Counted from the stretch's first letter, positions 1-10,003 are shown. The stretch: 64,000 nucleotides of DNA from Candidatus Yonathbacteria bacterium RIFOXYD1_FULL_52_36 (GCA_001823605.1 MHUZ01000034.1:38589-102588), one strand, 5' to 3'. Program-made: numbers and translations. The notes: generated by a model from the letters alone, not told the origin.

Positions 1-545
1 AGGTCGCCTGAAAACACAACGGTCTTTCCATTACGGGAGAGTTCGATCATCGCTGAACCAAGAATGTGTCCTGCGTCACGGAACACCGCCGTAACTCCAC
101 CAGGAAGCTCAACCGGCTCACGATACGGAACTGATTCCCAGAGCGCCATCGTGTGCTCCACATCATCTTCTCCATACAAAAGCTCTTTCCCTTCAGCCTG
201 TGCTTCCTTGCGAAGGACGCCCATACTGTCGGTCATGATAAGTTCCGCCATCGCCTTGGTGGGTGCGGTCGAGTAAATGGCACCCGAAAACCCTTCTTTG
301 ATGAGGCGCGGGATACGTCCCACATGGTCAAGGTGCGCATGGGTAACCAAAAGTACGTCAACCTCACGCGGGTCAAACAAAAACGGTTCACGGTTTTTTT
401 CATCGCACACCTTTTCACACTGAAAAAGTCCGCAATCAACCATGAGCTTGACCGGCTTCCCCTCCCCGGAGAGCGTTACCAGAAAATTTGATCCTGTTAC
501 CATTCCCGATGCACCGTAAAATCCGATCGTAGTCTTATCAGCCAT
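1..545 (-). CDS. MBL-fold metallo-hydrolase (beta-CASP-like RNase), runs off window edge
   Basis: Not in the ORF track. Minus-strand translation from ATG 545 gives MADKTTIGFYGASGMVTGSNFLV...DCGLFQG...THAHLDHVGR...DAGHILGS...VFSGD, the canonical MBL motifs. Confidence 0.9.
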   Translation of the reverse strand, partial: MADKTTIGFYGASGMVTGSNFLVTLSGEGKPVKLMVDCGLFQCEKVCDEKNREPFLFDPREVDVLLVTHAHLDHVGRIPRLIKEGFSGAIYSTAPTKAMAELIMTDSMGVLRKEAQAEGKELLYGEDDVEHTMALWESVPYREPVELPGGVTAVFRDAGHILGSAMIELSRNGKTVVFSGD

Positions 546-549
546 AAAA

Positions 550-924
550 TTATTTCTTGCTTGTAGTATTTCTCCTGGTAAGAACTGCGGTTACTGCGCC
601 TACCATGTCAAACATGAGGTCTTGTTGCGTATCGATCGAATCGCCAATAGCATCGAGGCCGAACTCAAACACCTCCCACGATGCACCGACCACAAGGACC
701 GCCGCGAGTGCGGTGCCAAGGCGCCTCCCGAACGACGCTTGGGGCATACGCGTACCGAGAGCCCACAGCGTCACGGCACTGATCCAAAACCCGCCAAAAA
801 AATGCATCGGAATATCGAACCACCAGATCGTATAGTACCAATGGAAAAAGTTTGCGAGTCCGTTGGCGATCGCGATCAGGAGAACGAGCGCTACCAGGGA
901 GCGCGGAAACGTACTCGATTTCAT
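550..924 (-). CDS. Small multi-pass membrane protein (VanZ/DUF2238-like)
   Basis: Hydrophobic segments with D..MHFFGG, WEVFE and DT..DL..D motifs. Confidence 0.65.
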   Translation of the reverse strand: MKSSTFPRSLVALVLLIAIANGLANFFHWYYTIWWFDIPMHFFGGFWISAVTLWALGTRMPQASFGRRLGTALAAVLVVGASWEVFEFGLDAIGDSIDTQQDLMFDMVGAVTAVLTRRNTTSKK

Positions 925-963
925 GCTTCTTAGTATACCAGAAAACCAGGGCTTCTTCTGTAC

Positions 964-991
964 GAAAAACCCCCTGCCTGAGGCAGAGGGT
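964..991 (-). terminator. Intrinsic terminator after the candidate ncRNA
   Basis: Minus strand CCCTCTGCCT-C-AGGCAGGGGG followed by TTTTT. Confidence 0.75.
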
Positions 992-996
992 CATGC

Positions 997-1129
997 GAAG
1001 GGCTACGTTGGAATATTAGCCCTAGAGATGAATCTAGGTGGGTGCTCTCAGCAATGCGCCACGGCGCAGTACGATTCGAACTCCCGTGCTTAATATCTTT
1101 AGTCTAGATAATATCCCAAGTAACCCTTC
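997..1129 (-). ncRNA. Candidate 6S RNA (SsrS-like)
   Basis: Rod-like fold: ~27-bp closing stem with G-U pairs only on the minus strand, central 17/13-nt bubble, apical stem; own promoter and terminator. Confidence 0.65.
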
Positions 1130-1133
1130 CTTA

Positions 1134-1161
1134 AGTATACGCCCGCGTAAACCGGCTGCAA
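1134..1161 (-). promoter_or_regulatory. Sigma70 promoter for the ncRNA
   Basis: TTGCAG-N16-TATACT, ending 4-5 nt before the 5' end of the stem. Confidence 0.65.
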
Positions 1162-1204
1162 TATTGACTCTAACTTTCTATAATGTTGTAACGTGTCAGG
1201 CATC

Positions 1205-1233
1205 AAAAAATCCCGCACGGTGCGGGATTTTTT
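1205..1233. terminator. Bidirectional terminator after ndk
   Basis: AAAAAATCCCGCAC-G-GTGCGGGATTTTTT. Confidence 0.75.
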
Positions 1234-1255
1234 ACGCTCACCAAACCTCCATTCT

Positions 1256-1858
1256 CTACTCAAGAATGCCGTCAAGGTTCACGTCGTACAGGATCTCATC
1301 CTGAACAAGGCGATACTTAACGATCTCATCCTCGGTAAACCAGAGATTGATCTCCCGTTCCGCCTCAGACACCTCGTCGGTGCAGTGCAATAAGTTGCGC
1401 ACTGCGCGACCGTCCATACTTGAGAGTTCGTATGAGTCGATCATGAGGTCCCCGCGGATCGTACCGACGTCTGAGGTAAGCGGTTCGGTCGTTCCCACAA
1501 GCTTTTTCACGATAGCCACCGCCTGGTTTCCCTCAACCACCATTGCGAGAACAGGGCCTGAGGTGAGCAAGCTGACACACCCACGGATGATATCTTTACC
1601 GTATTCGATTGGCTCTTTTTCCACCGGCATACTCTGATTTTTAAGGTCTTCAACAGTGCGTAGTCCCTTTTTGAGGAACCATTCGTCGTTTTTATTGTAG
1701 TGATCCCAGCATTGCTCATCCTTGGGAACAATAAACTTCATGGCGACAAATTTTAGACCGGTTCGTTCAATACGGCCAAGGATCTCACTCATGAGACTTC
1801 TTTGGATCGCATCGGGCTTTAAGATAACCAGTGTCCTCTCTTTCTTCGGATGTGCCAT
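1256..1858 (-). CDS. ndk: Nucleoside diphosphate kinase
   Basis: ERTLVILKPDA, GTIRGD and RNLLHC motifs; start placed at MAHPKKER. Confidence 0.93.
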   Translation of the reverse strand: MAHPKKERTLVILKPDAIQRSLMSEILGRIERTGLKFVAMKFIVPKDEQCWDHYNKNDEWFLKKGLRTVEDLKNQSMPVEKEPIEYGKDIIRGCVSLLTSGPVLAMVVEGNQAVAIVKKLVGTTEPLTSDVGTIRGDLMIDSYELSSMDGRAVRNLLHCTDEVSEAEREINLWFTEDEIVKYRLVQDEILYDVNLDGILE

Positions 1859-1934
1859 AAATATATCAGTAACTAGCAAATAGAGCCCTCATAGTACCAG
1901 ACTCGGGTCAAAAATCAATGCCGACAGAACTACC

Positions 1935-4694
1935 TTATCCCGTGCGATACTTCCGCATGATCTCTGCTTCCACTTCTTCGCGCGGACGGCCATAGAGGAG
2001 CGCGGAGAGCTCTTTTAATTTTGGCACGATCTCCGGATTTCCGGGCGTTGGCGGGAGCGTCGCAATGTTGAACGGGCGCGATGGTACGCCATTCACGAGC
2101 ATCTTTACGTACGCGTTCCTGTTCTCAACCTTGATGATATCTTGCGCAGTGAACGTCGGCTTGAATTCTTCCTGCAAGAACTCGGCATCTTCGGTACCCA
2201 CACGGAACACCACTTTTGAGCCAACGTTGCCGAAGACCGCATTCCTAATATTATCTTCGAGCTGTTTAATATACTGGTGCGCGACCGTAAGCGAGAGGCG
2301 GTACTTACGTGCCTCAGAGAGGATAGTCGCGATCGAATCGGTGGTCACATTCTGAAATTCGTCTATATAAAGATAGAAGTCCGCCGGCTTCTCTCCGCGC
2401 GCGAGCATATCGGTTCGCGAAAGCGCTGCCATGAGGATCTTCCCCACCAGCACAAGACCGATCAAGTTCGAGTTGATCTCTCCCAAGCGCCCCTTGGAAA
2501 GATTCACCAAAAAGATCTTTTTCTGGTCCATGATATCGCGGAAATTGAACGCTGAACGCTCCTGCGCAATGATCGGGCGCATCACGTCATTCGTGATGAA
2601 CACGTCAAACTTGTTGGTGACATAGGGAACATAGTTGGCAAGTCCCTGATCGCCGGTCGTTTTTTCGGCATTATCCCAGAACTGCTTAATGATAGGGTTC
2701 TTACAGCGTGAAAGCTTTAGGTCGCGAAATGCCTTATCCGAGAGTACTCGTCCGATCTCAAGGAGCGTGTTCCCCGAGGAGGGGTCATCCATCACAAGGA
2801 GTGCTGAGTTTCTAAAATATTGCTCAAATGCCGGTCCACCGGCAGTCTTCATATCAAACAATTTGTTAAAGATCGCCAAAAGCTCGTTCGCCACAAAGAT
2901 CTTCTGTTCGGGGAACCGTACATCGTATTCAAGCATATTGAGTCCCATAGGGCGCTCGGTCGCTGCCGGATCAAAATAAATGACGTCATTAATGCGCTCG
3001 CGGGGAATATTCGCCAAAATATCCTCAATATCATTCCCGTGAGGATCAATGAAACACACACCATCGCCGTTTTTGATATCCTGCACGATCATGTTCTTAA
3101 GGAGCGTGGTTTTACCGGTTCCGGTCTGACCGATAACGTACATGTGGCGCACACGATCCTCCTCTGTCATTCGCACCTCGGTTTCCTGCCCCTGGTAGCG
3201 GTTCACGCCGAGCACCACGCCTTGGTTCGGTACATCCACGGGCGCTGGCGCATTCTTGCCTGACACCGCCTGTTTTAATTTGGGCGCATCAAGACGCGTG
3301 ACCGGATAATGAAAGATCGTAGTGAGCTCTTTAGTCGAAAGCTCCATTACCTCTTCAGGAGCGTAGGTGCGAAAAATAAATTCGCGCAACAGTTTTATTC
3401 TTTGAGCGCCTTCAACGTTCTTAAACGCGATCCGATTTCCCACTCCCGTATCAGCAAACTGTTGGAACGCTGACTCGACCTCAAGAAGGATCGCGCGGGC
3501 GCGTACATCATCAGCAGCAGATGCCACTACGCGAATGTTCGTATCCACAACCGGTGTTGAGGTCTTTTTCTCGATCGCTTCGATCAAGCGCTGGTTGACT
3601 TCTTTTTCTGCTGACCGCTTCTCGCCTTCATCTTTTTTCGACGCACCAAAGAAGAGCTCCTTTGCCGATTCTGCAAATTCGTGCGCAACACCTGCTAGTT
3701 CACTTTGAAGCGCCTCTTTGAGCGGGATTCCTTTCTTGATACGCTCTAAAACCTTTCTGTACTCATTGGTGCGAATATGAGAGACCGGAGAAACCACGAT
3801 CTGCACCGCCGCACCCTCCCCTTCACGCTTCATTTTTGAAAAGACGCTCAGCAATACCTGGAGCGGATCATACTGAAATGTATCGTACGTCTTGAGTGGC
3901 AAAATATCTTCTTCCGCAAGGCGCGCATACCCACCAACCGTTGCTCCACTATCTTCAAAAGGATTGTAGTCTTCTCTGTGCTCCCGAAGAGTCACCCCGG
4001 GGAAGATCGCGCGGACATGCTTCTCGAACAAGTCCGCACGGTCGATCGGCACTGCGGTATAAAAAATGATCTCATCGCTGTAATTTGAAAGTGCGATCTC
4101 GATCGTAAAGTGCACATCGGAAACTCCCCCTTTGGGATCTTTGGTGAGTGAGAGCATGCCGGCATAGAATTGCTCCATCTTGGCGACAAGCTCGGCAAAC
4201 GTACGCTTTTCATCGTCATCATCCTCATTCTGAAGCGTCACTTCATACAGCTTCATGCGGAGAGCACCAAAAAGCCTGCCTCCCTGCTCGAGACCGGGAA
4301 TCGGCAACTGTTCTCCCACATACTGAACCAAGAAACGATGGAAGTCATCTTCAAGGTGGGGGTTTTTTGACCGCTCGGCCATGACCAGCGCAGTCTTGAG
4401 CCCTTTCGAGCGCATCACCTCAATGAGTTCGTCCACCCGTCCTTCGTGTGATTCCGACATATTGAGCACTTCGCGCTCAATATGATCAATCGGGTCAAGG
4501 TTCCCCTGTTTGTAGACAGCGATCTCTTCACGGATCATCCGTTCTCTCCCCTCCTGTGAACTAGGTTTCTCGGGCAGGGTGATCTGCTCACGCTCGGCAA
4601 CCTTGGCGCGCAAATACGCGATCTCCTCTTCAGGAGTTTTGAAGTGCGTTCCGGAAAATGTTTCCGGCGCCTTGGTGCCGAATGAAATGTTCAT
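1935..4694 (-). CDS. VirD4/TraD-like (HerA/FtsK superfamily) ATPase, 919 aa
   Basis: HMYVIGQTGTGKT Walker A, IDPHG, LYIDEFQN Walker B, SEARKY, AHQ, GNVG. Confidence 0.85.
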   Translation of the reverse strand: MNISFGTKAPETFSGTHFKTPEEEIAYLRAKVAEREQITLPEKPSSQEGRERMIREEIAVYKQGNLDPIDHIEREVLNMSESHEGRVDELIEVMRSKGLKTALVMAERSKNPHLEDDFHRFLVQYVGEQLPIPGLEQGGRLFGALRMKLYEVTLQNEDDDDEKRTFAELVAKMEQFYAGMLSLTKDPKGGVSDVHFTIEIALSNYSDEIIFYTAVPIDRADLFEKHVRAIFPGVTLREHREDYNPFEDSGATVGGYARLAEEDILPLKTYDTFQYDPLQVLLSVFSKMKREGEGAAVQIVVSPVSHIRTNEYRKVLERIKKGIPLKEALQSELAGVAHEFAESAKELFFGASKKDEGEKRSAEKEVNQRLIEAIEKKTSTPVVDTNIRVVASAADDVRARAILLEVESAFQQFADTGVGNRIAFKNVEGAQRIKLLREFIFRTYAPEEVMELSTKELTTIFHYPVTRLDAPKLKQAVSGKNAPAPVDVPNQGVVLGVNRYQGQETEVRMTEEDRVRHMYVIGQTGTGKTTLLKNMIVQDIKNGDGVCFIDPHGNDIEDILANIPRERINDVIYFDPAATERPMGLNMLEYDVRFPEQKIFVANELLAIFNKLFDMKTAGGPAFEQYFRNSALLVMDDPSSGNTLLEIGRVLSDKAFRDLKLSRCKNPIIKQFWDNAEKTTGDQGLANYVPYVTNKFDVFITNDVMRPIIAQERSAFNFRDIMDQKKIFLVNLSKGRLGEINSNLIGLVLVGKILMAALSRTDMLARGEKPADFYLYIDEFQNVTTDSIATILSEARKYRLSLTVAHQYIKQLEDNIRNAVFGNVGSKVVFRVGTEDAEFLQEEFKPTFTAQDIIKVENRNAYVKMLVNGVPSRPFNIATLPPTPGNPEIVPKLKELSALLYGRPREEVEAEIMRKYRTG

Positions 4695-4741
4695 CCCTTC
4701 TATTATACTGCCCTTCGCATCGAGGGCAAAACACGTTTACC

Positions 4742-5509
4742 CTACGAAAGCGCGGTCAATACCTCGTGTCCTCCCTCAGTGATCAAAATAGTATGTTCAA
4801 AATGCGCACTGCGCTTGCCGTCGGCGGTCTTAAAGGTATAGCCGTCTGGATCAAGGAGAATGCCGCGCGTCCCTTCATTGAGCATCGGCTCGATCGCAAT
4901 CACCATCCCGGGGCGGAACCGCGCACCAGGGGACTTCTGAGTGAAATTTGGAATGTAGGGCTCCTCGTGCACATGACGCCCTACGCCGTGCCCACCCAAT
5001 TCGCGAATGATGCCATAGCGCGAACCCACAAATTTGCCGATCGCGTTGCCAATATCTCCCACCCGTCCTTCCGGACCAACTACCGAAATTGCTTCATCGA
5101 GCGCTCGTTTTGTGGTGTCGATCAACACGCGCGCGGCCTCATCAACAGTCCCTACCGGCACCGTCATTGCCATGTCAACAAAAAATCCCTTGTGGCGTAG
5201 ACCGAGGTCGATCCCAATGATGTCGCCCTCTTTGAGCACATGATCCGCACGCGGAATACCGTGCACGATCTCGTCATTCACCGACGTACAGAGTGTCGCC
5301 GGATAGGGATAGTGCGCACCATCAGGGATGTATCCAAGAAACGCCGGCTCATCTCCCCCTTCACGGATGAGTTTCTCGGCGAGTGCGTCGAGATCTTTGG
5401 TAGAGACGCCGGGGTGAACCGCACCACGAACCAGCACAAGGATCGTGGCGAGACGTTTCCCTCCTTCGCGCAGATGCTGTATTTCTTCCTGTGTGTACGT
5501 CGTGATCAT
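4742..5509 (-). CDS. map: Methionine aminopeptidase
   Basis: SVNDEIVHGIP, GHGVG..HEEP, IEPM, SAHFEHT; lies after adk. Confidence 0.96.
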   Translation of the reverse strand: MITTYTQEEIQHLREGGKRLATILVLVRGAVHPGVSTKDLDALAEKLIREGGDEPAFLGYIPDGAHYPYPATLCTSVNDEIVHGIPRADHVLKEGDIIGIDLGLRHKGFFVDMAMTVPVGTVDEAARVLIDTTKRALDEAISVVGPEGRVGDIGNAIGKFVGSRYGIIRELGGHGVGRHVHEEPYIPNFTQKSPGARFRPGMVIAIEPMLNEGTRGILLDPDGYTFKTADGKRSAHFEHTILITEGGHEVLTALS

Positions 5510-5513
5510 TTAA

Positions 5514-6110
5514 TTAAAGTTCTTCGCCGCAGACCTGCTTTACGATATCTTGATGCACCTCTTCGATACTACGCTCGCCGTTAATATCCAAAAATGTGTA
5601 GTATGGATCAGACCGAAAGTGTTCGATCACCGGCAAGACTTCCTTCTCAAACCAATCGAGGCGGCTATTGATATACTCATCAGTATCATCTTTGCGGCCG
5701 CGTGCTTTCATGAGGTCGTAGGAGAACTGGCGAGAGGTGTTGAGATATACGATATGCGGATTCTTGACGCCATAAAACTTGAACGCTGAGGTGAGGATTG
5801 ATGCCTCATGAATACGCCGCGAAACACCGTCCAAGATCAGGTGTTCATTGCCGGTGTACTGTTTGAGGAGGAAATCAGACCAGATCCAAACAGGCAAAAA
5901 CTCTGGCATGAGTTTTCCATGTTCCATAACCTCCTTGGTAAGCTTGTTGGAGAGGCCGTCGCCAAGCGTAAAGTCGCGAAGGCGGGCGCCCGTCTCCATA
6001 TAGAGCACTTCTTTGTCCCCTTTTTCTTTGAGGCAATCTATGAGCAGTTTTGCCTGAGTGCCCTTTCCTGAGCCTGATTTTCCAAAAAATACGAGTGTTT
6101 TTGCGTCCAT
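5514..6110 (-). CDS. adk: Adenylate kinase family protein
   Basis: GKSGSGKGTQA P-loop, LDG..R, GRKDD; between secY and map. Confidence 0.85.
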   Translation of the reverse strand: MDAKTLVFFGKSGSGKGTQAKLLIDCLKEKGDKEVLYMETGARLRDFTLGDGLSNKLTKEVMEHGKLMPEFLPVWIWSDFLLKQYTGNEHLILDGVSRRIHEASILTSAFKFYGVKNPHIVYLNTSRQFSYDLMKARGRKDDTDEYINSRLDWFEKEVLPVIEHFRSDPYYTFLDINGERSIEEVHQDIVKQVCGEEL

Positions 6111-6170
6111 TTGATATATAAGGATAGATACTAATGCAATACGACCACCATACCACAGAGCACCCGTTCG

Positions 6171-6209
6171 CCCAAACAAAATCCCCGCAGAGCGGGGATT
6201 TTGTTTGGG
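6171..6209. terminator. Terminator after secY
   Basis: CCCAAACAAAATCCCCGC-AGA-GCGGGGATTTTGTTTGGG. Confidence 0.7.
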
Positions 6210-6225
6210 TAATTAAATGAGCGTT

Positions 6226-7494
6226 CTAATACTCTCTCATGGAGATCTGAGCATCGATCTTTTTGATAAGATCGGTCACCACAGAAACAACAATGAGGAG
6301 TGCTGTGCCACCAATGGCGAGAGATGTGGTTCCCGTAATGGACTGCATGACGAACGGGAGCACTGCCACAAATCCAAGGAAGATCGCGCCTACGAGCGTG
6401 ATGCGCGTAAGAACTTTGGCAAGATACTCTGCAGTTGATTTACCAGGACGAACACCAGGGATGAATGCGCCGTTCTTCTGAAGATTGGTCGCGACTGATT
6501 CCGGCTCAAACGTCACGGCGGTGTAGAAGAAGGTAAAAAGAAACACGAGTGAGAAGTAAAGGATACCGTTCACCCACTGGTTACCGATGAATGAGCTGAT
6601 CCCCTGCGCAATATTCCTCACTGTCTCGTTCTCTGCGCCCGAGAGAACACTTACCAGCATTTGCGGAAACACCAAAATAGAAAGTGCGAAAATGATCGGA
6701 ATCACGCCGGCTTGGTTGATGCGGAGCGGGAGGTAGGTTGAGGTGCCGCCATATACCTTCATGCCGCGCACGCGCTTTGCATAGGTGATTGGGATCGGAC
6801 GCTCTGCTTCAGTCACGATCACCACGCCCAAAATAATAATGATCGAAGTGATCAAAAATCCGAGATAAAGCGGAATCTGCGAAACATCAAATTTAAAGAG
6901 GTTCTGGGCAATGAGCGCAGGGAGCCCGGCAACAATACCCGCAAAAATCACGAGTGACGTACCGTTTCCGATACCAAATTCTGAAATAAGCTCACCGATC
7001 CACATGATGAGGACTGCGCCACCGACAATGATCGCCGTGTTGATGATCATGTCTGTCCCTGAAATTGCCCCCAACATTCCCTGTGTCTTCAGGTACACCA
7101 AGAGCGCATATCCTTGAATGATCGCCAGAGGCACGGTGAGGAGCCGCGAGTATTGCGTAAATCTTCGGCGCCCCATTTCCCCTTCCTCGTGGTACATCGC
7201 CTTAAGGCGCGATGACATCATGGTTGAGAGTTGCATGATGATCGAGGCAGTGATGTACGGACCCACGCCGAGCATCATGAGCGATACTGCCGAAAGTCCG
7301 CCTCCCGTGAGTACGTTAAAGAATCCGAGAGCGTTGTTCTCAGCAAGAAGACCTGCGGCACTCCCTCCCGCTGCGGCAGGGATAGGGATATTTGCCAACA
7401 GACGAAACAGGGCGAGTGCGCCCAGCACAAAGAGGATGCGATTGCGCAACGTTGCGTCGGTGAGCACCATTTTGATCTTTGCAAAAAAATTCAT
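6226..7494 (-). CDS. secY: Preprotein translocase SecY
   Basis: LGVGPYITASII, GIGNGTSL, AGVIPIIFA, FIPGVRPG. Confidence 0.98.
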   Translation of the reverse strand: MNFFAKIKMVLTDATLRNRILFVLGALALFRLLANIPIPAAAGGSAAGLLAENNALGFFNVLTGGGLSAVSLMMLGVGPYITASIIMQLSTMMSSRLKAMYHEEGEMGRRRFTQYSRLLTVPLAIIQGYALLVYLKTQGMLGAISGTDMIINTAIIVGGAVLIMWIGELISEFGIGNGTSLVIFAGIVAGLPALIAQNLFKFDVSQIPLYLGFLITSIIIILGVVIVTEAERPIPITYAKRVRGMKVYGGTSTYLPLRINQAGVIPIIFALSILVFPQMLVSVLSGAENETVRNIAQGISSFIGNQWVNGILYFSLVFLFTFFYTAVTFEPESVATNLQKNGAFIPGVRPGKSTAEYLAKVLTRITLVGAIFLGFVAVLPFVMQSITGTTSLAIGGTALLIVVSVVTDLIKKIDAQISMREY

Positions 7495-7526
7495 TGTGTG
7501 TGGTGGCCCGCGTTATGAGTAGGCTC

Positions 7527-7976
7527 TTATTCTACGATCGCCCCGCCTGCTTTCTTCACTGCTTCACGTACGCCTCCCGAGACGAGGCATCCTGCGATAT
7601 AAACCTTTTTTGAGATCTCAGTTCCCAAAACCTTTACCTGCGGAACGCGTCCTTTCACGGTCTTGATGAGCCCTTTCATGATGAGCGTATCAGGAGTGAC
7701 CTGTGCGCCATTATCAAAGAGTGCTTCAATACGCCCAAGCGTAACGCTTACGGGGCGTACGCGCGTAGCAACAACCGTGCGTGCGCGGTTTTTTCCGTGT
7801 CCGCGAAGTTTCGGCATCTTCTTGATGGTATCGCGAAGTTCAGGACGTTTCTTGTTTCCTGCACGTGCAGTCTGTCCCTTCCCGCCGCGACCTGAAGTCT
7901 TACCGCGTTTTCCGCCGCGTCCAACACGCTGTTCTTTCTTGTGGGGATTTTTCCTTTTGAGTTCGTGGATCTGCAT
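7527..7976 (-). CDS. rplO: 50S ribosomal protein L15
   Basis: RVGRGGKRGKTSGRGGKGQTAR. Confidence 0.96.
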   Translation of the reverse strand: MQIHELKRKNPHKKEQRVGRGGKRGKTSGRGGKGQTARAGNKKRPELRDTIKKMPKLRGHGKNRARTVVATRVRPVSVTLGRIEALFDNGAQVTPDTLIMKGLIKTVKGRVPQVKVLGTEISKKVYIAGCLVSGGVREAVKKAGGAIVE

Positions 7977-7986
7977 AGTGATTTCG

Positions 7987-8700
7987 TTATGCCTTCACTG
8001 CTTCTTCCGGAGCTACTTCTTCTGCCGGTGCTGCTACAACCTTCTCTCCGCCCTTGGGGCGCTGCATCTGAGAAAGTGCCTCGATTGCGGCGCGTGCAAT
8101 ATTCAATTTATTTTTGCTTCCTGAGAAGATCTTTGCCCCAACGTCCGTAATACCCGCGAGGTCAAGCACCACACGAACTGCGCTTCCTGCGACAATACCG
8201 CGTCCCGGAGCAGGCATGATGCGTACGACCGCGCTTGAGTACTTTGCCTCAACTTCGTGAGGGATAGAGCTCTGCTTGGTGAGTGCGATCTTTATTGCGT
8301 TCTTTTTTGCACTGCGCATCGCCTTTTCGATCGCCGAGGCGGTGTCGCCGGACTTTCCGGTTCCTACACCAACCTTACCCTTGCGGTCTCCCGCAACAAG
8401 TGAAACCGCAAAACTGAAGCGGCGGCCTCCGGCGACCACACGGGCCACACGGCGTACATCGATCGTCTTGTGATCGTACTCGGGTCGAGCGCGCTCAAAA
8501 CCACCACGGCGCTCACCGCGCTTTCCGCCCGGCTTACCACCGCCACGCTGAGGACCACCGCGTCCACCACGGTCGCCGCCACGAAAACGGTTACCGCCTG
8601 CGCGTGCACCGTCTCTCGGAGCAGCCTGGGGAGCGGTGGGGGTAGCAGCCGCTGGTGCGACTATCCCTGCCTCGTTCGTTGTTGTAGGTTCTGAAGACAT
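7987..8700 (-). CDS. rpsE: 30S ribosomal protein S5 with long N-terminal extension
   Basis: RVARVVAGGRRFSF, PAPGRGIVAG. Confidence 0.97.
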   Translation of the reverse strand: MSSEPTTTNEAGIVAPAAATPTAPQAAPRDGARAGGNRFRGGDRGGRGGPQRGGGKPGGKRGERRGGFERARPEYDHKTIDVRRVARVVAGGRRFSFAVSLVAGDRKGKVGVGTGKSGDTASAIEKAMRSAKKNAIKIALTKQSSIPHEVEAKYSSAVVRIMPAPGRGIVAGSAVRVVLDLAGITDVGAKIFSGSKNKLNIARAAIEALSQMQRPKGGEKVVAAPAEEVAPEEAVKA

Positions 8701-8703
8701 ATA

Positions 8704-9060
8704 CTAGAAAATAAGACCGCCTTCGCGTGCGCCGAGAGCCAAAGCTTTCACGCGTCCTGTGTAAAGAAACCCTCCGCGATCGAACACGACCTGTTCAACA
8801 CCTTTTGCTTTAGCAAGTTTTGCAAGCGCCGTACCCACAGCGTGTGCGCGCTCTGTCTTTACTTTTCCTTCTTTGACGCCAAGGTCAGATGCAGAAGCGA
8901 TCGTTACGCCCAGATCATCATTGATGAGCTGTGCATACATGTACCGATTCGACTTGAAGACCGCAAGGCGAGGGCGCGCTTCCGTGCCTGAAACCTTAGC
9001 GCGCACTCGTGTGTGCCGCCTTGTGCGTGCTTCTTTTTTTGTATTTGAAAGTGTTTTCAT
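8704..9060 (-). CDS. rplR: 50S ribosomal protein L18
   Basis: [24 protein letters not shown]. Confidence 0.97.
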   Translation of the reverse strand: MKTLSNTKKEARTRRHTRVRAKVSGTEARPRLAVFKSNRYMYAQLINDDLGVTIASASDLGVKEGKVKTERAHAVGTALAKLAKAKGVEQVVFDRGGFLYTGRVKALALGAREGGLIF

Positions 9061-9069
9061 ACCTCTCTA

Positions 9070-9603
9070 TTATGCGGCTTTCTTACCCTCCTTACGACGA
9101 ACGACCTCCTTGTCGTAGCGGATACCCTTACCCTTGTACGGCTCAGGCTTCTTCCATGAGCGGATCACTGCGGCAAAGCCACCGACCACTTCTTTGTTAA
9201 TACCTGAAAGTGTCAGGGTGCTCTTCTCGAGCGTTGCGGTAACCCCTTCCGGAACATCAAGATTGACCTTGTGTGAAAATCCGACCGAGAGCACGAGCTT
9301 GTTGCCCGAGACCTCCATCTTGTACCCAACACCTTCGATCAAGAGTTTTTTCTGGAACGGTGTTACGACGCCTTCGATCATGTTTTTGATGTGTGCGGCG
9401 TACGTTCCCCACAATGAGCGAGCAAACTTTGTTTCTTTGAGCGGAGCGAACGTTACCGTTCCTTCTTCGATATTGATCGCCACATCAGGAAGAAACGAGC
9501 GCGTAAGCGTTCCGAGGGGTCCTTTTACCGTAACAACGTCTCCGGTTTTTTCTACCGTGACTTTTTCCGGAATGATGAGAATTTGTTTTCCAATTCGTGA
9601 CAT
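9070..9603 (-). CDS. rplF: 50S ribosomal protein L6
   Basis: MSRIGKQ, PEPYKGKGIRY. Confidence 0.97.
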   Translation of the reverse strand: MSRIGKQILIIPEKVTVEKTGDVVTVKGPLGTLTRSFLPDVAINIEEGTVTFAPLKETKFARSLWGTYAAHIKNMIEGVVTPFQKKLLIEGVGYKMEVSGNKLVLSVGFSHKVNLDVPEGVTATLEKSTLTLSGINKEVVGGFAAVIRSWKKPEPYKGKGIRYDKEVVRRKEGKKAA

Positions 9604-9607
9604 ATAA

Positions 9608-10003
9608 TTACCAGATCTTAAACAACATCTCACCGCCAACCGACTCCTTTCGTGCCTCAGAACCCGAGAGCACCCCTTTAGGCGTTGAGAGCATGATCAA
9701 TCCGTATCCGTTACGAACCGGCTTGAGACCTTTTGCTCCGCAGTAAAGGCGACGTGACGGCTTCGAGATACGCTCGACTCCTTTCAACTTCGGTGTCTTG
9801 CGCTCGTCATAGGCAAGTTCGATCTCAAGAAGTTTGATCGCTTTCTTCCCCTTCTTTTCAATACTTACAATGTAGCCGTGACGCTTGAGCGCCTCAGCAA
9901 TCGCCAGTACGAATTTTGAATGCTGCACCGTTACCGTCGGGTGTCGGACAACACCCGCGTTCTTGATGCGATTCAACATGTCTGCAACAGGATCGGTTAC
10001 CAT
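9608..10003 (-). CDS. rpsH: 30S ribosomal protein S8
   Basis: [25 protein letters not shown]. Confidence 0.97.
   Translation of the reverse strand: MVTDPVADMLNRIKNAGVVRHPTVTVQHSKFVLAIAEALKRHGYIVSIEKKGKKAIKLLEIELAYDERKTPKLKGVERISKPSRRLYCGAKGLKPVRNGYGLIMLSTPKGVLSGSEARKESVGGEMLFKIW

Noticed and set aside
1065-1090. GTTCGAATC T-loop-like motif suggesting a tRNA or tmRNA
   Set aside because: The flanks do not form a T-stem and there is no cloverleaf or CCA end; it lies in the apical arm of the 6S-like rod
1164-1184. Plus-strand TTGACT...TATAAT promoter
   Set aside because: The spacer is only 9 nt and it points straight into a terminator
1935-4694. Conjugative element or ICE
   Set aside because: No relaxase, VirB genes, integrase or att sites nearby
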